In this document: positions 29,243 to 35,710 of the stretch, one piece after another | Layout of the letters: the number at the start of each line of letters is the position of its first letter | Position numbering within the stretch: the stretch's first letter is position 1 | Virus record (IMG/VR): IMGVR_UViG_3300032770_000001 | Location: 62,001 to 126,000 of that record | Length of the DNA: 64,000 bases | Reading direction: 5' to 3' (one strand) | Notes under the pieces: generated by a model | What the model was told of the DNA's origin: nothing | Database searches by the model: none | The model's input: only the letters and a program-made list of their open reading frames with translations | Position numbers and translations under genes: made by a program

Positions 29243-29319
29243 GCGGGATTAGCTCAGGCTGGTAGAGCGGTTCGTTGCCAACGAACAGGTCGAGGGTTCA
29301 AATCCCTCATCCCGCCCCA
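29243..29319 (+). tRNA. tRNA-Gly(GCC)
   Basis: Cloverleaf, loop TT-GCC-AA, C73, CCA. Confidence 0.92.
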
Positions 29320-29334
29320 AGTTTAGGAGTGAAT

Positions 29335-29550
29335 GTGAAACGCAGCAGACAACGTATCGTGAAGCTGGTGACGACCGTGGAGGTCGAGAAGCATGATTGG
29401 GGATTCCAAGTGAATCACCCGACGTTGGGTCTGGTTGCGACTGCTGACACCGAGGATGAAGCCCTGTCCAAGATGGACAAGATGGTTGTTCGGCAGCTTG
29501 AGTTTGATCTGGCGCACGCGAAAGCGAAGCCAGCAAAGATGGGCCGCTAG
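29335..29550 (+). CDS. HicB-like small protein
   Basis: AGGAG RBS; VEVEKHDWGFQVNHPTLGLVATADTEDEALSKM resembles the HicB N-terminal domain. Confidence 0.55.
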   Translation: MKRSRQRIVKLVTTVEVEKHDWGFQVNHPTLGLVATADTEDEALSKMDKMVVRQLEFDLAHAKAKPAKMGR

Positions 29551-29615
29551 CATAACTGGGAATGCATCGCACTTGCAATGCGAAGGAACGGGTTCGAATC
29601 CCGGCGTGTCCACCA
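29541..29615 (+). tRNA. tRNA-Ala(TGC), divergent (bulged acceptor stem)
   Basis: Loop CT-TGC-AA, G3:U70, CCA. Confidence 0.8.
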
Positions 29616-29632
29616 AGTTCAGATGTACCTGT

Positions 29633-29705
29633 AGTGGCTTAGCCAAGTGGTAAGGCGACCCTCTGCAAAAGGGTTAATGCGCGGGTTCGATTCCCGCAGC
29701 CACGT
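29633..29705 (+). tRNA. tRNA-Cys(GCA), no encoded CCA
   Basis: ACCCT-CTGCAAA-AGGGT; U73; 1:72 mismatch. Confidence 0.8.
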
Positions 29706-29706
29706 C

Positions 29707-29783
29707 GGGGTGTTGGAGGAGTTGGAGTCCTCGCCTCCCTGTCACGGAGGAGATCGCGGGTTCGAGGCCCGTACACCCCGCCA
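29707..29783 (+). tRNA. tRNA-Asp(GTC)
   Basis: Cloverleaf, G73, CCA. Confidence 0.92.
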
Positions 29784-29801
29784 AGTTTGAAGTAGAAGTT
29801 C

Positions 29802-29878
29802 GGTGACGTACCATAATTGGCTAATGGGCTCCCCTGTCACGGGAGAATATGGGGGTTCGAGTCCCCTCGTCACCGCCA
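29802..29878 (+). tRNA. tRNA-Asp(GTC)
   Basis: Cloverleaf, G73, CCA. Confidence 0.92.
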
Positions 29879-29880
29879 AC

Positions 29881-29955
29881 GCATCCGTGGCGAAACGGGA
29901 ACGCGGCGGTCTGCAAAACCGTCATGAGTCGGCTCGACACCGACCGGGTGCTCCA
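29881..29955 (+). tRNA. tRNA-Cys(GCA)
   Basis: Cloverleaf, U73, CCA; atypical T-loop CTCGACA. Confidence 0.88.
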
Positions 29956-29961
29956 AGATTG

Positions 29962-30114
29962 ATGCGGCGAAAAATACAATTCGCGATGCTTTGGATAGCA
30001 AAGCGGTTGAGAGCCGCAGCAGACAGTGTTGAGAAACACGCCCCAGTCGTAAATGAGGGGCGACCGACGCTGGAAGATTTGATGTTAGAGAATCGCCGAG
30101 GCGATTTGAAATAG
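29962..30114 (+). CDS. Small hypothetical protein
   Basis: 50 aa, MRRKIQFAMLWIAKRL... Confidence 0.4.
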   Translation: MRRKIQFAMLWIAKRLRAAADSVEKHAPVVNEGRPTLEDLMLENRRGDLK

Positions 30115-30126
30115 TTCTTTTACAGT

Positions 30127-30500
30127 TTGTGTCAGTGCCGGACGGTCGCGAGTGGCGTTTGTTTCAGCAGGCGTCATTCGAGGAAAGTCGGGGCACCACA
30201 GGATGGCGTACCAGAGAGACACTGGGCTCCGGTGTGCTTGGAAGCGTCGGCGAAAGCCTTCCCAACCAAGTCCCCGGATGACGATTAGAGCAACAGAGAC
30301 GAGTCGGCGTTAGTACCGCAGCACGGGCTGCGGAGGCCGGGTGAAACGGGCAATCTCTACGCGGTGCAAGCGCAAATAGGCCGACAGGAGTGATCCGCTC
30401 CGTTATGAATCGGCGGGTAGCGTGCTTGAGCGTTACGGCGACGTAACGCCTAGAGGAATGATCGTCCTCGACAGAACCCCGCTTACAGGGCTGACACAAA
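30127..30500 (+). ncRNA. rnpB: RNase P RNA (bacterial type A-like)
   Basis: GAGGAAAGTCGGGGC, GGGTGAAACGGGC, TAGAGGAATG and ACAGAACCCCGCTTA signatures; P1 TTTGTGTCAG/CTGACACAAA. Confidence 0.95.
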
Positions 30501-30508
30501 ATTGATGG

Positions 30509-30583
30509 GCGGGTGAGGTATAACTGGTGGTGCCGTGGGCCTCCAACCCACTGAGGCAGGTTCAATTCCTGTCACCCGCTCCA
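30509..30583 (+). tRNA. tRNA-Gly(TCC), atypical (A8, C33)
   Basis: GTGGG-CCTCCAA-CCCAC; U73; CCA. Confidence 0.85.
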
Positions 30584-30584
30584 T

Positions 30585-30661
30585 GCGACCATAGTTCAGT
30601 CTGGTAGAATGCTTCCTTGCCATGGAAGAGGTCGAGGGTTCAAATCCCTCTGGTCGCTCCA
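30585..30661 (+). tRNA. tRNA-Gly(GCC)
   Basis: Cloverleaf, loop TT-GCC-AT, CCA. Confidence 0.95.
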
Positions 30662-30674
30662 GATTTTAGTTGTA

Positions 30675-30726
30675 CGGGTTCGGCTAATCGGAGCCGAGTG
30701 AACGCGAGATACCCTTCTCGCACCCG
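30675..30726 (+). ncRNA. Small three-way-junction RNA element
   Basis: CGGGT/ACCCG enclosing TCGGCT/AGCCGA and GCGAGA/TCTCGC hairpins. Confidence 0.4.
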
Positions 30727-30728
30727 AC

Positions 30729-30804
30729 GCGGGAATAGCTCAGTTGGTAGAGTGCGTGCTTCCCAAGCATGAGGTCGTGGGTTCAAGTCCCATTTCCCGC
30801 TCCA
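30729..30804 (+). tRNA. tRNA-Gly(CCC)
   Basis: Canonical cloverleaf, CCA. Confidence 0.95.
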
Positions 30805-30826
30805 AGTTTTTGTGGTATCATGTAGT

Positions 30827-31228
30827 GTGGCGAATACTACATTCAAAGGTGAGATTGCCGTCCAGAAGGTGATTCTTCGGGCAATCGAAAAAGATGTAAT
30901 CGCAAGCAAGCCTGTCGTTGAAGGTTGCCGTTACGATCTGGTTTTAGATGTTGATGGGTTGAAGAGAACCCAAGTGAAGTATGCTGGACAGACTAGGAAT
31001 GGTGCAATAAAAGTTTCGGTTGCATCACAAGATAGCCGGGGCAAGAAAGGTAAGCGATACGGAGAGCATGAAGTCGATCTCATAATCGCGTATTCTCCGA
31101 TCACGGGAAAGTTTTACAAACTCCCACCCGAAGTCTGGCGAGGGAAAAGGTTGCTTCACCTACGATACGAGCCATCGAAGAACAACCAAAAGATGGGTTG
31201 TTTCGATGCGAGAGATTTTGAGTGGTAA
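30827..31228 (+). CDS. PD-(D/E)XK endonuclease (I-Ssp6803I-like, free-standing)
   Basis: KGEIAV...YDLVLD...QVKY motif; TATCAT hexamer 5 nt before the GTG. Confidence 0.8.
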   Translation: MANTTFKGEIAVQKVILRAIEKDVIASKPVVEGCRYDLVLDVDGLKRTQVKYAGQTRNGAIKVSVASQDSRGKKGKRYGEHEVDLIIAYSPITGKFYKLPPEVWRGKRLLHLRYEPSKNNQKMGCFDARDFEW

Positions 31229-31235
31229 CAAGTTC

Positions 31236-31311
31236 GGGCCTATGGCGCAGTTGGGAGCGCGTTTCCATGGCATGGAAAAGGTCGTGAGTTCGAATCTCAC
31301 TAGGTCCACCA
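31236..31311 (+). tRNA. tRNA-Ala(GGC)
   Basis: G3:U70, A32/U38, CCA. Confidence 0.95.
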
Positions 31312-31314
31312 AGT

Positions 31315-31445
31315 TTGGCGAGCGTCCGAGTTGACGTGCTCGAAGGCTGCAACCTTCCACGTTGACTGGCTCTGGCGAGTAACGGACGGAAACGCGGATC
31401 AGCTTGCAGGCTCCCGTGGAGAGGGGTTCGATTCCTCCTCGTTAA
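31315..31445 (+). ncRNA. tRNA-like RNA with a greatly expanded first arm
   Basis: TTGGCGAG/CTCGTTAA closure; CGTCCG/CGGACG long arm; terminal T-arm GGGG-TTCGATT-CCTC. Confidence 0.5.
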
Positions 31446-31503
31446 ATTTTCAGCGGTTTTATTACGTATTATAAAACCGCGTTTGACTGAAATTTTATAG
31501 CGT

Positions 31504-31580
31504 GGCCCATTCTTCTACGCTGGTTAGGAAAGCGGCCCTTCAAGCCGAAAAAGGGGGATCGTCGCCCCCATGGGCTACCA
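31504..31580 (+). tRNA. tRNA-Glu(TTC), divergent (C33, T-loop ATCGTCG)
   Basis: GGCCCAT/ATGGGCT acceptor, loop CC-TTC-AA, CCA. Confidence 0.75.
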
Positions 31581-31588
31581 AATTTTGA

Positions 31589-31666
31589 GTGCTGTTAGCT
31601 CAGTCTGGTTAGAGCGGTTGCTTCACACGCAACAGGTCGGGGGTTTAAATCCCTCACGGCACACCA
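31589..31666 (+). tRNA. tRNA-Val(CAC)
   Basis: Cloverleaf; T-loop TTTAAAT; CCA. Confidence 0.9.
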
Positions 31667-31674
31667 AGTTCGTT

Positions 31675-31827
31675 ATGGAAAAGTTACTTCGCAAAATCGG
31701 GGAATGGTTGAAAGAGTGGGAGTGCAAGCATCCTTCTCTCGTTTGGTCTCGTCTCATTAAAGTGGGAAAGCGTATGGGACGCATGTGTCCTGATTGCGAA
31801 ATGTTCATTGAAGATTTGGGCGTGTAG
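31675..31827 (+). CDS. Small Zn-binding hypothetical protein
   Basis: 50 aa with CKH...CPDC. Confidence 0.45.
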   Translation: MEKLLRKIGEWLKEWECKHPSLVWSRLIKVGKRMGRMCPDCEMFIEDLGV

Positions 31828-31893
31828 TTCAGTTGGGAGAACGCTTCCCTCGCACGGAAGAGGTCACGAGTTCAACTCTCGTCACGTCCACCA
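31818..31893 (+). tRNA. tRNA-Ala(CGC)
   Basis: G3:U70, CCA. Confidence 0.95.
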
Positions 31894-31897
31894 GTTT

Positions 31898-31958
31898 TAC
31901 GGATGCCTAGAAGTTGGAGGCACGCAATATCAGCGGCGGGTTCGATGTCCGCTCCGTA
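31898..31958 (+). ncRNA. 61-nt mini-cloverleaf tRNA-like RNA
   Basis: TACGGA/TCCGTA; TGCCT/AGGCA; CGC-AATATCA-GCG; GCGGG-TTCGATG-TCCGC. Confidence 0.55.
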
Positions 31959-31959
31959 T

Positions 31960-32035
31960 GCGCGGCTAGCTCAGTGGTTAGAGCACTTGCTTGACACGCA
32001 AGAGGTCGCAGGTTCGAGTCCTGCGCTGCGCACCA
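31960..32035 (+). tRNA. tRNA-Val(GAC)
   Basis: Canonical cloverleaf, CCA. Confidence 0.95.
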
Positions 32036-32040
32036 AGTTT

Positions 32041-32127
32041 GGAAGTGTAGCTCAATTCAGGAGAGCAACATACGACGCCGCGAGGCGCACGTGGCATGTG
32101 GTGCAGTGAGAGGCTCACCCACTTCCA
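32041..32127 (+). ncRNA. tRNA-like RNA lacking an anticodon loop
   Basis: GGAAGTG/CACTTCC acceptor, normal D-arm, extended arm capped by GCC-GCGA-GGC, degenerate T-arm. Confidence 0.55.
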
Positions 32128-32139
32128 AAGTTTTTGTAC

Positions 32140-32287
32140 CGGGTTGGTGGGGGAATATATCGAATACCCCCATGCGGTGTCGATGACGCGGCTGCTATCG
32201 CTAAACGCGGCACTGCTTTGTGACAACCCTGATCGAAGCGGCTGCATAATGCCCCGTCCATAGCAGTGGATGGTCAAAAGCAGCCGT
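32140..32287 (+). ncRNA. Unassigned structured RNA(s)
   Basis: GGGTTG/CAACCC junction with two arms, then a CGGCTGC/GCAGCCG hairpin. Confidence 0.35.
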
Positions 32288-32296
32288 AGAGTTTAC

Positions 32297-32370
32297 GGCC
32301 CTATCTTCTAGTGGCAGGAAACCCGACTCTCAATCGGAAAACGCGAGTTCGATTCTCGCTAGGGCTACCA
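32297..32370 (+). tRNA. tRNA-Glu(CTC)
   Basis: Cloverleaf, loop CT-CTC-AA, CCA. Confidence 0.92.
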
Positions 32371-32595
32371 TAATCTGAACTTCGGCAGGTCGGCAGGACG
32401 CCGAAGATTTCCAAGGCGACGGGCTCTCGTCGCCTTTCTTGCGACCGCAGGACATCCCGTAATCATGGGGGAACACCGGGGCGGGTCACCTTGACCTCCC
32501 GATAGGGCATTCCGCAGGTCACCGTATTTGGCTACCTGACCGCAACCGTAGTAGCAGAGGATGTCTCCGGTGTGGTCTTCGATGAGTTTGCCCAT
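32365..32595 (-). CDS. Small Cys-containing hypothetical protein
   Basis: CYYGCG...CSPMITGCP. Confidence 0.45.
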   Translation of the reverse strand: MGKLIEDHTGDILCYYGCGQVAKYGDLRNALSGGQGDPPRCSPMITGCPAVARKATRARRLGNLRRPADLPKFRLW

Positions 32596-32753
32596 ACTGA
32601 AGGTTTCTGTATTGGGCTATCGTAAAAAGCGGGTTGCTCCGCTTTCCACGCTGTGTATCCCACGCCGAGAAATACAACCACCACTACCGAGATCAACGTG
32701 TTTCGTAGTAAAATGTAGATTCGTCCCAGTTTCATCAGTTCGTTTGAGTCCAT
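32532..32753 (-). CDS. Small membrane protein
   Basis: AGGAGG RBS; one hydrophobic helix. Confidence 0.45.
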   Translation of the reverse strand: MDSNELMKLGRIYILLRNTLISVVVVVFLGVGYTAWKAEQPAFYDSPIQKPSVWANSSKTTPETSSATTVAVR

Positions 32754-32998
32754 GTGAATCCTCCTAGTTGATAAGTCGCTCGGACGGGGCAAAACGCACC
32801 ATCCGTTAAAAATAAATCGCACGACAAGGTCGAAGTGTTACACCCTGTCGAGGATAAGTACGTTGGCGGGGTCATTTTCTCCCGGCTCTTCAGAGATATA
32901 AACGGATGAGACGGGTAAATCTTTGCACGATATTTTCGCTCCACTAGGAATATGCGTGGGCGGGGCAAATCCTTACATTTTCGGGTATTAAATCTACA

Positions 32999-33742
32999 GT
33001 GAAACTCCAACTCATCAGCGATCTGCATACCGAGTTCTACGACATGCCCAAGGTCCACCAGATTCCTCTGGCGAAGGACGTGGACGTGCTCGTGATCGCA
33101 GGTGATCTGATTGTTCCTTCCCGGCAGCATCCCAAGGTGGTGCAGAAGGTCATCCAGTATTGGGCGGACAAGGTGGGACATATCCTGTACGTGTCCGGCA
33201 ACCACGAGTATTACGGTGGTCGTCGAGAAGAGGTCGAGTTCAAGTTGCGGTCGTGGATGCCGAGAAATTTTATCTGGCTCTACAACGATGAGATCACCAT
33301 CAACGGACAGCATTTCTACGGCGGTACGATGTGGTTTAAGCCGGAGCCGTTGAACCAGCTTTACGAGAGCAGTCTGGCGGACTTCTCTGAGATTCATGGC
33401 GATTTCCGCAAGTGGGTGTATGAGGAGAACGCCTTGTTCCGGGAGAATGCCATGAAAGTGGTGACTGAGAATTCGGTCGTGATCTCTCACCATCTGCCGC
33501 ACCCCAGATCAACGCCGTTGCAGTTCATGGGCAGTCCGATCAACCGCTTCTTCGTGTCGGATGAGTCATATCTGATCGAACAGAAACAGCCGAAGCTCTG
33601 GTTGCATGGACACACGCACCACTGGTGCGATTACAATCTTGGCAATACCCGCGTTCTCTGTTACCCTTTCGGTTACCCACATGAGCGACCGAAGCTTCCG
33701 GAGAAACAACAAAATTACGAACCTGAGGTAGTGGAATTATGA
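32999..33742 (+). CDS. Calcineurin-like metallophosphoesterase
   Basis: SDLH, AGD, GNHE, SHH and HGHTH motifs. Confidence 0.9.
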   Translation: MKLQLISDLHTEFYDMPKVHQIPLAKDVDVLVIAGDLIVPSRQHPKVVQKVIQYWADKVGHILYVSGNHEYYGGRREEVEFKLRSWMPRNFIWLYNDEITINGQHFYGGTMWFKPEPLNQLYESSLADFSEIHGDFRKWVYEENALFRENAMKVVTENSVVISHHLPHPRSTPLQFMGSPINRFFVSDESYLIEQKQPKLWLHGHTHHWCDYNLGNTRVLCYPFGYPHERPKLPEKQQNYEPEVVEL

Positions 33743-33957
33743 ATCGTGAACACGTAGGACAGGGCGCACGCAAGGCGGCACGCCGCAAGCTTCGTCACGC
33801 TCTTCGCAAAACCAAACTGGCTGAACTTAGCCGCCTGCATCTGTTCTCTCCCGCAGCCCTGAAGTTTCAGGCTCGCATTGCTGTGGATCGCGAGCTATCG
33901 CAGGGTTCCACTGACAAGAACGCGCACGGTCGCGGTTTGGTGAGAAAGAATGCCTAG
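33739..33957 (+). CDS. Small basic hypothetical protein
   Basis: ATGA-coupled 72-aa ORF. Confidence 0.5.
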   Translation: MNREHVGQGARKAARRKLRHALRKTKLAELSRLHLFSPAALKFQARIAVDRELSQGSTDKNAHGRGLVRKNA

Positions 33958-34111
33958 CGATCACGCCAAGATCAGCTACCTCAAGAGTGCCATACGCATT
34001 CTCGCGGCGGCGTGTCTGTTCGGTGTCGATCATCACCCACTCATCTGGGTATTTGCGGTGCTGTTTATCATCGCCGAGATCATCGGCATCATTGAGGAAT
34101 TCGGACATTGA
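33950..34111 (+). CDS. Small membrane protein
   Basis: 53 aa, MPSDHAKISYLKSAIRILAAACLFG...LIWVFAVLFIIAEIIGIIEE. Confidence 0.55.
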   Translation: MPSDHAKISYLKSAIRILAAACLFGVDHHPLIWVFAVLFIIAEIIGIIEEFGH

Positions 34112-34557
34112 GACCTGCGCAACAAATTCCGACTGACCCGCAGCGGCAGTTGATGCAGACTCTCTGCCTGTTCATCAAGAAATATGGCGTGAAGTGTGAT
34201 CTCGGCTACGCGGTCGAGGTTTCGTTCGACAAATTGGAAGAAGTAGCCCTGCAAGCTCAATTGCAGGTGGATCGGGGAATTAACGGCGTCGTTATTCGAT
34301 ATTTCCCGAATATTACAATCGAGGGGGAACTATCTGATGGTGGACGCACTCAACCTGCCGAAACAACCGAAACGAATGAGCAAGACCGATCTGGAGTGGT
34401 GGATTCTGTTCGGAATCGCCGTCGCCGGAAAGGGCGCAAAGCAAACGCAAGAAAAAATGCGAGTGTTCCTGTCGGACATTCCGAATCCGAGAATCAGCGG
34501 CTCGACGACCTCGGACACGGTGATGGCGGAATTCCGAAAGACGGCGACCCCGTTTGA
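34108..34557 (+). CDS. Hypothetical protein
   Basis: Coupled to the upstream ORF; 3' half overlaps the glycosylase gene. Confidence 0.4.
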   Translation: MRPAQQIPTDPQRQLMQTLCLFIKKYGVKCDLGYAVEVSFDKLEEVALQAQLQVDRGINGVVIRYFPNITIEGELSDGGRTQPAETTETNEQDRSGVVDSVRNRRRRKGRKANARKNASVPVGHSESENQRLDDLGHGDGGIPKDGDPV

Positions 34558-34993
34558 GCGCGTTCGCTACCTGATCTCCGAAGGCAAACTGCTCTCCCAG
34601 ATGCGAAAGCACAAGCTGGGGAAATACAAACTTTTCAACAAGGCATTTCGTTCAGCCATCAAACTTGATCTGGACACCATCACGGTCGAGGCTCTTGAAC
34701 AAATACCCGGAATCGGTCCGAAGACCGCTCGTATGGTCGCCATGTACGGCTTTCCGGATACTTGCGGCGATGTGGCGGTTCTGGACACCCACATTCTGAA
34801 GTGGCTCCGGCTAAAAGGTTACAATGCTCCTAAATCCACCCCACAAGCCGGGAAGAAATACCTGACGCTGGAGCAAGCTTTTATCGCCGAGGCGAAGAAG
34901 GAAGGCAAGACCCCAGCCGAACTAGACACCGAGATTTGGCAGGCTTACGCCATAAAGCCCGGTTTTACCGACAGTTACGAACAATCCGCCTAA
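34337..34993 (+). CDS. HhH DNA glycosylase/AP lyase (8-oxoguanine glycosylase OGG2-like)
   Basis: LEQIPGIGPKTA HhH motif with catalytic K; VAVLDTHI; KYLTLE; AELDTEIW. Confidence 0.8.
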   Translation: MVDALNLPKQPKRMSKTDLEWWILFGIAVAGKGAKQTQEKMRVFLSDIPNPRISGSTTSDTVMAEFRKTATPFERVRYLISEGKLLSQMRKHKLGKYKLFNKAFRSAIKLDLDTITVEALEQIPGIGPKTARMVAMYGFPDTCGDVAVLDTHILKWLRLKGYNAPKSTPQAGKKYLTLEQAFIAEAKKEGKTPAELDTEIWQAYAIKPGFTDSYEQSA

Positions 34994-35044
34994 CGTGATT
35001 CGCTAGTCCGACTTCGGGGCTCTTTTCATAGGAGCCCTGAATAG

Positions 35045-35710
35045 ATGCCCGTCCGTCTTTCCATTGCCAAACTTGCCGCTTCAGCCGTCGCCCCGCTGAC
35101 GACAACTCCCCAGTTTTCAAACGCTTTGCTGGAATCCGGAGCGACGTGGGCTCAGGATGTGAACTATCTCCGTGACACCTACATGGAAATTCACTCCATC
35201 TGGGAGCGTCTGAAAGACCCCTCGCAGGATAAACAACTCTACACCGAGACCGAACCCCACCTTCGTGAACTGCTCCTCGGCTTGGAAGACGTGAGTAAGC
35301 AGGTCACCAGTCGTGGTGACGTGTATCGGGACGTGACCAATGCCAGCCACGATGCTGAAATTGCCGGATCGTATGCTTCGGCTGAAGACTACGGGCTTGC
35401 TACGGTCTATCAGTCCTACGCCATGATGAAACTTCATCGAGTGCTCGATTCCCTCACTGCCATGGCGAACAAGAGAAAGCACGGCAGCCGAAAAGTTGGC
35501 TATGGGTACGATGTTAGTGGAGAAGTTCAAGAAGGCGGCGGCACCAGCGGTCAAGACAACCATCTGTGGGACTCGGCACAGCCGCAGGATCATCACGAAA
35601 CAAAACCCAGCCCGGTGAATCTGGAGACTGATTTCGAAGCGGAGCAGGATTTCCCAGAGTTGGCCGAATTTAAGAGCAAGCGGGTTGAATTCCCGGCGAG
35701 GATGAGTTAA
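35045..35710 (+). CDS. Hypothetical protein
   Basis: 221 aa with RBS; heads the fibre operon. Confidence 0.6.
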   Translation: MPVRLSIAKLAASAVAPLTTTPQFSNALLESGATWAQDVNYLRDTYMEIHSIWERLKDPSQDKQLYTETEPHLRELLLGLEDVSKQVTSRGDVYRDVTNASHDAEIAGSYASAEDYGLATVYQSYAMMKLHRVLDSLTAMANKRKHGSRKVGYGYDVSGEVQEGGGTSGQDNHLWDSAQPQDHHETKPSPVNLETDFEAEQDFPELAEFKSKRVEFPARMS

